Origin: Macrostomum lignano | Lineage: Eukaryota | Direction: 5' to 3' | Assembly (NCBI GenBank): GCA_002269645.1 | Contig: NIVC01002942.1 | Span: 1-64,000, forward strand | Length of the DNA stretch: 64,000 bases | Shown: piece by piece, positions 10,426 through 19,912 of the stretch | How positions within the stretch are numbered: the stretch's first letter is position 1 | Layout of the letters: each line of letters begins with the position of its first letter | The notes under the pieces: generated by a model | The model's database searches: none | What the model was told of the DNA's origin: nothing | Seen by the model: only the letters and a program-made list of their open reading frames with translations | Position numbers and translations under genes: made by a program

Positions 10426-12616
10426 TTTTAGTTGAAAAATTTGCTGGTAGAAGCTGGGATTTGTAAAATGATCCAATGATTTCTTCTCCATTCTCATCCT
10501 CAATAATGTAGGTTATGGGATTGGAGTAAACTATTTTCTTTATCCTAAACACTTCTGAAATTTTCCAATATCCTCTTCGACCCTTTTCAAAGTGCTCCTT
10601 ATATCTATAGATATGAACTTTGTCACCTACTTTGAAGTTTGGTTTCTCATTTGAATACTCGAAAGTTGGCTTTGGTACTCGCTCAGGATGTTTAGATGCT
10701 TCTGAAGGAGTTATCAGAATCTCAGAATGGATTGTGTTGTTGTATTTTTCAACAATAGCTGGCAATGTGTGGAGCCACTTCTGATTACCCTGTAGATCAA
10801 ATTCAAACCAGAGTTTATTTGTGAGAGTACGATTGAACCTCTCAATCATTGCATTCTTGGACTCGCCATAAATTGAAAACATCTTGTTAATATATTCACC
10901 CTTTCATCCTTCTTTCTAATGTTGTCTTTTGAAAACGAGTATAGCTTGTACATATGCTGATTATAAAACTCCTTGCCTTCATCTACACAAAGTCTCTCTG
11001 ATCGTCTTCCTGATTCCTTAAATACTTTTTGGAAAGCTTCTGCAACTTCCGCTCCCGTCTTTGTTTTCAAAGGAACTGCCCAGGCGTAACGTGTAAAACC
11101 ATCTATGATAGTTAGAGCATATTTGTAACCTCTTTCGGGCGGTAGGATAATGATATCTGCATGCCAAATTGTGTCTTTTGCATAGTGAATCATTTTTCTA
11201 AATACTCTTGGCTTTCGATATTCTTTATGCAATTTTACTGCATCTTCATAGCTAAGACCCTTACCATAAATTGTTAGACAGTCAATACAATTGTTGGGGT
11301 TGTGAGTATGAATGCCTAATCCAAACCGAACTTTAGCCTTGATAATACGCTTTACTAGATTTCGAATGAGTCTCTCTTTCACAGACAAGTCACTGGTTGG
11401 AATAGCATCTAAATCAGCTATCATTTTTTCATCAGCTATATGCTTCTTTGCTAGAGCTTCCTCTGGATTTGAAGAAGTGTTTTCAGCATCTCTATAGTTT
11501 TTGTCATGATAGTAAGCAGTCCAATCGATTGGGTTAATTGGTAGACTGTCATACCGAGGCCGGTCTGTAATTGGATTGAGTCTCTTGTCTAAATTTGTAC
11601 CCGGCAGTTGTTCCTCAATCTTTCGAAAGAGGCTGGACTTTATCTTAAGGCTTCATCAGGATTGACCAGATCCTTCAGCCCCACCCCCATTAAGTCTCTG
11701 AACCTTCTCCATATCCTTGTCAACTTCGTTCGGACTTAGGAGCTTGGCTGCGGATTTCCACCATGTCCTCAAGCTTGTTACCATCGAACCATAGGTTCGC
11801 GGACGAAGTCCGATTGGGAACAGGAATTACCTGTGTTCCTTCAGAAGATTTCTCAACTGAAGTGGTACTTGAGGCTGTTATTGACGTACTAGAATCGGAC
11901 GGAGTTCCCGCAATTTGAAGGTGTCGCCAATCACTAAGCACTTGTTTAATGTTGGTTATAATGTTTTTGTATTGATCACCATAAAGAAATTTCAATGCAA
12001 ATTCTCCTGTTATAAGGGTGATTCCATTGTCTAGTAAAATATTCTTAGGTTCCTTTGTAGTTCTATTGATGCATACATAATACAACTGATAGGTGGGATA
12101 AGAATTTTTATAGTCTAATAGTTTCTGATAATTCCTTTCACGACTTGATGAATTGTCCGTGTTATCAGAAGATTTAAGCTCTAATGCAATCTTTCGCTCA
12201 ACGTGAACCAGGTCTATCTTTTTTACCTTCTCGAATCCAAAATAATTTTCTGCTAATATTTCATATAGTCTGCCTAGTCTCATTTGAATAACTTTAATCT
12301 TGTGTGAAATTATTAACTCTTCTTGGAAAAGATCATGAAGAATTTGATCATGCCCAACCTTATCATCAATTGGTTTCAGAAGAATTTCTCGAATTGTTTG
12401 CTCCATTTTTACTATAGAAACTTTAACAAGTGCTTATTTGATGACTAGCAAGGACATTGACTTCCTCACTCAGGCCACTACGTAACCTGCAAAAGAATAC
12501 CCTGGAATATGAAGTTCTCCTGGGTATTTTCCAGTGGCGAAGATGGGTGGTAGTTTTGTTATAGCTGACTGAATATCTAAAGCATTTCCTAGAAATAATG
12601 GTTTACTGAAGGCCAT
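10379..12616 (-). CDS. Parvovirus-type PLA2 domain fused to a retroviral-like (rve) integrase; exon 1 12616-12485, exon 2 from 11604; one frameshift near 10860-10880
   Basis: Exon 1 is 44 codons ending ELHIPGYSFAG. Exon 2 continues PGTNLDKRL...NPIDWTAYYHDKNY (PLA2 motifs) in frame with the 10846-11424 ORF. The DDE triad is WHAD / LCVDEGKEF / IERFNRTL, and the C-terminus is YIIED..GEEIIGSFY. Confidence 0.9.
11605..12484 (-). ncRNA. Group I self-splicing intron (IC1-like core), 880 nt
   Basis: 5' exon ends in U, which pairs with G of the IGS (CAGGU/GCCUG, 12471-12475); the intron ends in omega-G. P AAAUUGCGGGAA (11905-11916), Q AAUCCGCAGC (11747-11756), R GUUCAGAGACUU (11692-11703), S AAGAUAAAGUCC (11635-11646). 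P3 CACCUUC/GGGGGUG, P7 GACUU/AAGUC, P5a A-rich bulge GGUAACAAGCU, and a P9 hairpin. Removal restores the conserved FAGPGT. Confidence 0.95.
11720..12406 (-). CDS. Intron-encoded PD-(D/E)xK endonuclease, Eco47II-restriction-enzyme-like (putative homing endonuclease)
   Basis: Intact 228-aa ORF starting between P1 and P3. QMRLGRLYE...KIDLV...IALELKSSDNTDNSSSR..YQKL resembles the Eco47II-family Q..IG...D...E.K...NT.NS.S pattern (recognised from memory, no search run). The last ~70 codons overlap the ribozyme core. Confidence 0.72.
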   Translation of the reverse strand: MEQTIREILLKPIDDKVGHDQILHDLFQEELIISHKIKVIQMRLGRLYEILAENYFGFEKVKKIDLVHVERKIALELKSSDNTDNSSSRERNYQKLLDYKNSYPTYQLYYVCINRTTKEPKNILLDNGITLITGEFALKFLYGDQYKNIITNIKQVLSDWRHLQIAGTPSDSSTSITASSTTSVEKSSEGTQVIPVPNRTSSANLWFDGNKLEDMVEIRSQAPKSERS

Positions 12617-13030
12617 TTTATATATATAAAATTTACTATCGTTGAATTGGATGACACTTTCATATTGTATATACCTGAAATTGCATTAAATTGACCCGTG
12701 AATCCAACTTTTCTCATGGTTTTAGAGCTGGAATCGTGAAAATTGCACTTTTTAAAAAAATTAGAAAATCACAAAAAATCGCTGTTTTCAGACCATTTTC
12801 ACCTGTTTTTAGTCATTTTTCACTTATTTTTAGTGATTTTCAAAATGAGTGAGGGCATGAGGGCGAGGGCACCCCCCCTTTTTAAAAGTATAAAAATTCC
12901 GGAAAATCTGTGTTCGGTGAAATATTCCACAGGCCAATGCCCCCCACATGCCCTCACCCTCAACACCCTCACTCACAGATATATGTATATTTACATATCA
13001 CACACCCACTTGAATCCATGACCTCCTGGT

Positions 13031-13130
13031 AGTAGTAGTATGTTATAAGGGGCTGAGTCATCCAGCGAGCTGGCGCGCAATGCGCCCGAGCAATTAAGTG
13101 TGGCGCAGCCCCTTATAACATACTACTACT
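13031..13130. repeat. 100-bp unit bounded by perfect 25-bp inverted repeats; probable element terminus
   Basis: AGTAGTAGTATGTTATAAGGGGCTG (13031-13055) and its exact reverse complement (13106-13130); flanks CCTGGT and CCCATT are not a TSD. Confidence 0.8.
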
Positions 13131-13322
13131 CCCATTCCCAATACCCCATCGCTAATACCCCTTGTCTCAGCCCGCAGCCGGCTCCGGTTTGTGCCCCTTT
13201 TCAGTTCTCTCTCTTTCCTTTCTCCTTCTCTCCCATCTCTCCCATATCTCCCATATCTCCCATCATACATTGCCCAAGTCAATCTCGACCGCTATCCAAT
13301 TCAACCCGAACTCCCTTTCCAG

Positions 13323-16300
13323 CCTCTCTGTCTACGTGGTGGATCTGATGCAGTTCATCCTGCTGACCTTCGAGAACCACCTCACGATCGTGTTCGGCTG
13401 CATCCTGACGGTGTGGAGCCTGCTCACCACCGAGGCCTGGAAGCGGTATGAGAGCAGCCTGAGCTACCGCTGGGACGTGAATCACCACTACATCGCAGAG
13501 AACCGCCGGCCCGCCTACGTGCTGAGGAAGAGCCGCTGCCAGCCCGTGAGTGGATCTGCGGCAGTGCTCAGCTAATCCCCACAGCAGCTTGTAATCTCAT
13601 TTTCATCCGGCTTTGCAGATATGGTGCACCCAGCAGACCACCAGGCGGAAGTGCATCGGGTTCTACTCCTGCGTGCTGTCCTGCGTGAGCGGCTTGGGCT
13701 GGCTGCTGACTGGCTGCATCACATCGCATCACATCACATCACATCACATCACATCACATCACATCACATCACATCACATCACATCACATCACATCACATC
13801 ACATCACATCGCATCACATCACATCACATCACATCACATCACATCACATCACATCACATCACATCACATCACATCACATCACATCGCATCACATCACATC
13901 ACATTATGTCAAATGACACTAGAACACATCACATCACATCACATCAAATTACATTAGAATACATCACATCAAACCACATTATATAAAGGAAATTAGAATA
14001 CATCGCATCATATCACATCACATCACATTACGTCACAACACATATCACATCAAATGACATTAGAACACATCACTAAACTTCATGTCACATAACATCACAC
14101 CAAATCACATTAAACGATATCAGAACACATCCCACCACACCATAGCACATCACATCAAACCCTATATCGCCAGAGCACAACCGCTTTCTCAACCCACCGC
14201 CAGGTGATTCTGGTGTTTGCCATCACGGTGGGTTTCCAGGTGGCCCGGCTGGTCGGTGACAGGTCCTACTGCACAGCCGAAACCTCCGCCTTCTCCTGCT
14301 TCATTGTCAGCACCGTGCTGCCCATCACCGGCCAGGTCATCGTGATCTCCATTCTGGACTCGGTCAGTCCGGGCTGGGGATGGCGGGACAGAAAAGACCG
14401 AATGAAATTCTCATCTCACAGCAGGCGGATCACTTTGTGCACGCGCCTGACTCTCGCGCCACGAGCCCCGGTTCCATTTGGGGCTGGTGCGCACTAAAAT
14501 TGGCCCAGGGGAATGCCGCACGATTTACACCCGAGCCTCCCAAATCACAGAGAGTGTACATGCCTGACGATTAGAAAGCCAGGGCCACTGTACACCCTGT
14601 TGTGAGCGTGCGCATGAGTGCTTGTCTGCGCACGCCCTAACCAGTATCCACAGAGCAGTACATTACAATACATAAAAGTACATTACAGTGCATTAAAAAA
14701 ATATTACAGTACACTACAGTGCATTACAGTACATTAGACTACATTACAGTACATTATCAGTACATTATATTACACTGCAGTACATTACAGTACATTATCA
14801 GTACATTACAGTACAATACGCTCGTACAGTACATTAAAAACATTACAGTACACTACAGTGCATTACAGTACATTATCACTACATTACAGTACATTATCAC
14901 TACATTACAGTACATTATCACTACATTACAGTACATTATCACTACATTACAGTACACTACAGTGCATTACAGTACATTATCACTACATTACAGTACATTA
15001 TCACTACATTACAGTACATTATCACTACATTACAGTACACTACAGTACATTACAGTACATTACAGTGCATTACAGTACATTACAGTACATTAGAGTGCAT
15101 TGCAGTACATTAGAATACATTACAGTACACTAGAGTACATTATAGTACATTAGATGCAGTGCAGTACATTACAGTACATTATCAGTACATTACAGTACAT
15201 TACAGTACATTAGAGTGCATTGCAGTACATTAGAATACATTACAGTACACTAGAGTACATTACAGTACATTAGAATACATTACAGTACACTAGAGTACAT
15301 TACAGTACATTAGAGTACATTACAGTACATTAGAGTACATTACAGTACATTAGAGTACATTACAGTACATTAGAGTACATTACAGTACATTAGGGTACAT
15401 TACAGTACATTACAGTACAGCACCCGCGCGCTTGTATGTGCTCAGAAGTCAGCAGAATGAGCAGTTACTCCCTCAGCACTGGTTGTGCGGGACAATGTCG
15501 CCGATGCGTTGCGCCAGGGAGCCCGCAGCCCTCATAAGCGAGCATTTGTGTTTATTTTGATCAAAGAGTGAATCGCCTTTTACCTTGCAGCTGTACAGCG
15601 TGCTGGCCAAAGCGGTGACCAACTGGGGTGAGCAGTTTGTCAATTTTTTATCAGGGACGAGTTCGGTTCCAAGGAGGGAATAATACGCTAAGGAGACAGG
15701 AACTTTCCGTTTCTTCGGCGCAAAAGTATCCTGCCGTTAAATATGAATTTCTTCCATATATTATGAATATGAGTTTAGTTTTAAAAAGCAAAAGCGAATA
15801 AACAATCTTTGAACTTTTGCAGAGTGTCACGAGTATCCGACAGACTACGACAACTCATTCGCCATCAAGGCCTTCGCCTTCCGCTTTGCCAACAACTATG
15901 CTCCACTGTTCTATATCGCCTTCGTGCGGCAGGTGAGGCCGGCTGCCGTAATGCCCTCCAGTGCCCACCTTCCAGTGCCCTCCCTCCAGTGCCCTCCCTC
16001 CAGTGCCCTCCCTCCAGTGCCCTCCCTCCAGTGCCCACCTTCCAGTGCCCTCCCTCCAGTGCCCTCCCTCCAGTGCCCTCCCTCCAGTGCCCTCCCTCCA
16101 GTGCCCTCCCTCCAGTGCCCTCCCTCCAGTGCCCTCCCTCCAGTGCCCACCCTCCAGTGCCCTCCTTCCAGTGCCCTCCCTCCAGTGCCCTCCCTCCAGT
16201 GCTCACCCTCCAGTGCCCACCTTCCAGTGCCCTCCCTCCAGTGCCCTCCCTCCAGTGCCCTCCCTCCAGTGCCCACCTTCTAGTGCCCTCCCTCCAGTGC

Positions 16301-19300
16301 CCTCCCTCCAGTGCCCTCCCTCCAGTGCCCTCCCTCCAGTGCCCACCCTCCAGTGCCCTCCTTCCAGTGCCCTCCCTCCAGTGCCCTCCCTCCAGTGCTC
16401 ACCCTCCAGTGCCCTCCCTCCAGTGCCCTCCCTTCAGTGCCCACCCTCCAGTGCCCCCAAACCACTCCACTCAACCTCAAACCACTCCACTCAGCCCCAA
16501 GCCACTCCACTCAACCCAAACCACTCCACTCAACCCAAACTACTCCACTCAGCCCCAAGCCACTCCACTCAGCCCCAAGCCACTCCACTCAACCCAAACC
16601 ACTCCACTCAACCCAAACCCAACATCCAGGGCCGCATCAAAATCGGGAGCTTCAGCGATTCGTGCACCCTCGCCAACGCAACGATCGACTGCTTCAACCT
16701 GCTGAACATCACCACCGCCGGCTACATGGTGGGCAAGTCGCTGCTCAAAAGCGGTGCCGACATCATGTGGCCGTGAGTAGAGAATTGCGCTTTTGTTTAG
16801 CTTGGGTTTTTAGGTAGCAGCAGTCAAAGTTTTGTAGTGTTCATTGCTCTTGCGGTGCCTCTTTTATGGGTAGGAATTGATCGGGTTCTTGTAGACCCGC
16901 GACATATGGACTGGTCTGTGGTTCATGGACTGGTCTGAGGTTCATGGACTGTTCTGTGGCTAATGGACTGGTCTGTGGCTCATGGACTGGTCTGTGGCTC
17001 ATGGACTGGTCTGTGGCTCATGGGCTGGTCTCTGAGGTTCATTGACTGGTCTGAGGTTCATGGACTGTTCTGTGGCTAATGGACTGGTCTGTGGTTCATG
17101 GACTGGTCTCTGGCTCATGGACTGGTCTCTGAGGTTCATGGACTGGTCTCTTAGGTTCATGGACTGGTCTGTGGCTCATGGACTGGTTTGTGGTTCATGG
17201 ACTGGTCTGTGGCTCATGGACTGGTCTGTGGCTCATGGGCTGGTCTCTGAGGTTCATTGACTGGTCTGAGGTTCATGGACTGTTCTGTGGCTAATGGACT
17301 GGTCTGTGGTTCATGGACTGGTCTCTGGCTCATGGACTGGTCTCTGAGGTTCATGGACTGGTCTCTTAGGTTCATGGACTGGTCTGTGGCTCATGGACTG
17401 GTCAAGGACCACTAGTAGATACTTAAGTAGTCCGTGGGACTGGTTTGTGGTTCATGGACTGGTCTGTGGCTCATGGACTGGTCTGTGGCTCATGGACTGG
17501 TCTGAGGTTCATGGACTGTGTCGCTTATGGTTTATCAACTACTTTTAATGTCGCTTATGCTCATAAACGGTGTGGCAGATTTCAGGCATTTGCCCTGATC
17601 CCCTCAGCTACCTGAAGCGGTCAATGCTCACGGGCTGCACTCTCCGGGGGCTGCGAGGCTTCCTCAGAGCCTGCTGCCCCTGCATCAGGATGCTGGGCTA
17701 CTCGGTGGAGCTGGAGATCCTGGCCGAGCTGGAGCGCAGCCACATGGCCAAGCTCGGCGAGACCAGGCCGAGCGGCAAGCTGGCGTTCGCTGAGCAGCGG
17801 CACCTCGTCAAGTCCAAGGAGCAGGAGATGCTGCTGGACGAGTACCTGGAGAAGGTCATCCTGTACGGATTCATGACCGTGAGTTCGCGCTGAGCTTGGC
17901 AAGCAGTCAGGCCCGTTCTGCTGACCCGCAGGGACTCACAGGGTGCACAGCGGCCTTTGCAATTGACAGACATTCGTGCACTTTGTGTCTTGGAGTCTGG
18001 CCCTCATGGTTTATGCCCGGGTCTCCAGACCTGGAGTCTCCAAACCCGGACTCTCCAAACCCGGACTTTCCAAACCCGGACTCTCCAAACCCGGAGTCTC
18101 CAAACCCGGACTCTCCAAACCCGGACCCTCCAAACCCGGAGTCTCCAAACCCGGACTCTCCAAACCCGGAGTCTCCAAACCCGGAATCTCCAAACCCGGA
18201 CCTTCCAAACCCGGAGTCTCCAAACCCGGAATCTCCAAACCCGGACTCTCCAAATCCGGACCCTCCAAACCCGGAGTCTCCAAACCCGGACCCTCCAAAC
18301 CCGGACTCTCCAAACCCGGACTCTCGAACCGATATGCTAAAAGGTGGGAGTCGGACGCGTTAGCCATTGAAACAATTCATCGATTCACTGCACTCTACCA
18401 AGGCCACCAGTCCGCAACCAACACTAAAGGCACATCCTCTCTCTCAGCTCCATCTCGGTGTTTGGATCCCAAATTTGGTTCCCAAGTCCCTAACCGAAAT
18501 GCCTGGGAAATTCTCGAATCCTCGCAGATGTTCGGCTCCGCCTTCTACTTGGCGCCCGCGGTGGCCCTCATCGCCATGGCCATCGACCTGCGGCTGGACT
18601 CGAAGCGGCTGCTGTTCCTGTACCGCAGGCCCGTGCCGCTGCCGGCTCCGGGCATCGGCGTCTGGAACTGGCTGCTCGACTTCCTCAGCTTCGCCGGCAT
18701 CTTCACCACCGGGGCGATCCTGGCCTTCACGTCGCAAAGTCTCAGCATTTACGGCGTGGCCACAACGGACTCCAACAGGCTGATCTTCTTCATCGTCTTT
18801 GAGGTGATCGGAGCATCTTTGAGCCTTATCGATTGGTCCTAGAGTCCCTGAGTCCTAGACTCGCTGAGTCCTAGAGTCCCTGAGTCCTAGAGTCCCTGAG
18901 TCCTAGAGTCCCTGACTCCTAGAGTCCCTGAGTCCTAGAGTCTCTGCGTGGTCTTACAGCTAATTGCATTCCGCTATCAATATCTAATTGACTTTCAGAA
19001 CGCCATGCTGGCCATCAAGTTTTTGCTGGTAATTTCCATCGGGGACATGCCTCGGAAGCTGAAGCTCTGTTTGAAATGGGTGAGTCTCATGGTTTCTATT
19101 GAGTCAGTTTCAAGACTTTACTTAATGATGCGTCATTCTCCACACACAGGAGTACTTCTATGTGAAGAAGATTCTCACGGATGACAAAGTCGAACCTGGA
19201 GTTCTCGCCAGCCTGCAGAAGTACGTTGTTGGGAAGTACAGAGATCAGAGCGGGACTGGCTTGGGATCAGAGCGGGACTGGCTTGGGATCAGAGCGGGAC

Positions 19301-19492
19301 TGGCTTGGGATCAGAGCGAGACGGGCTTGGGATTAGAGCGGGACTGGCTTGGGATCAGAGAGACATCCCGAGCACCCTCCCGTCCTCCCGGCCCACAGGA
19401 TGCAGGACAAGAACCGGTGGTACCACGCGCTGTGCCCCTGCTGCGCCACGATCACGACCCCGAATCCGGAGGCCGGACCGCAGTTGGTGTAG
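13323..19492 (+). CDS. Anoctamin/TMEM16 paralog 1 (spliced; N-terminal exons not present to the right of the Polinton)
   Basis: Exons at about 13323-13547 (FENHLTIVFG..EAWKRYESSLSYRWD), 13620, 14204, 15592, 15823 (FANNYAPLFYIAFVR), 16628, 17581 (LLDEYLEKVILYGF), 18528 (LAPAVALIAMAIDLRLDSKR..GIGVW), 18999, 19149 and 19398; GT-AG sites. Confidence 0.85.
13717..14160. repeat. (CACAT)n microsatellite, intronic
   Basis: Direct reading. Confidence 0.95.
14655..15420. repeat. Degenerate TACAT/TACAG-based 10-21-bp tandem array, intronic
   Basis: Direct reading (TACATTACAG units). Confidence 0.9.
15953..16620. repeat. CCCTCCAGTG-type array followed by an ACTCCACTC array, intronic
   Basis: Direct reading; the ORFs here are repeat artefacts. 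Confidence 0.9.
16905..17520. repeat. About 19-bp CATGGACTGGTCTGTGGCT minisatellite, intronic
   Basis: Direct reading. Confidence 0.9.
18022..18325. repeat. 15-bp CCAAACCCGGA(C/G)TCT minisatellite, intronic
   Basis: Direct reading. Confidence 0.9.
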
Positions 19493-19912
19493 GCCGGGAG
19501 CCGGAAAAGCCGCGGAAATTCCATGGAAATACCGTCATCATGTACTGAAAAGACGGTCTGATATGAAATTAGAACCAGTGCCTTTGTTGAACAGAAACGG
19601 CAACAAATCGCATGCACTATTGGCTATTTTACGCGACAAACTTTCAGTTAAAAACGCCTTGCTCAATCCAGTTATTAGTAGACTATACTAGGGTACTTTG
19701 AAACCGCTTCCTGCAAGTGTAATACCAGTTCTCTTCCTGCGTTTTGCACCCTGCTCAAAAATTATAAATACTTTGCGATGCTGACTACAGATTATTTTTT
19801 TATTTCTGACAATAAAGCGGCTCTTTTACACAGCTTTGCTAAACATCAATTCGCTTGGGATTAGAGCTGACTCGTGTTTTACCGGGAATAGGGACACGGT
19901 CTGTGAGGTCTG

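Larger units (their letters stand above)
1..13130 (-). mobile_element. Integrated Polinton/Maverick (adintovirus-like) element, right arm; left part extends beyond the window
   Basis: AT-rich, densely packed same-strand ORFs encoding an rve integrase, double-jelly-roll-type MCP, penton, A32-like ATPase, adenain protease and PLA2. There is a sharp compositional switch to host DNA at about 13.1 kb, and the end reads ...TACTACTACT (AGTAGT-type terminus). The exact end is inferred. Confidence 0.92.

Noticed and set aside
11720-11930. C-terminal ~70 aa of the nuclease ORF as a protein domain
   Set aside because: It is read-through across the ribozyme core and is Ser/Thr-rich; probably a non-functional tail.
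11605-12486. Spliceosomal intron using GCAG|GTTACG as donor
   Set aside because: No AG acceptor restores GPGT in frame; the U|...G| boundaries and the full ribozyme core fit group I instead.
1-13130. DNA methyltransferase partner for the nuclease; additional group I introns or inteins
   Set aside because: No PC/ENV or DPPY motifs, no second P/Q/R/S core and no intein ends were seen in the visible part.
14545-14600. Hammerhead ribozyme
   Set aside because: CUGACGA and GAAA are present, but there is no UH cleavage site or adequate stems, and the core words vary between copies.
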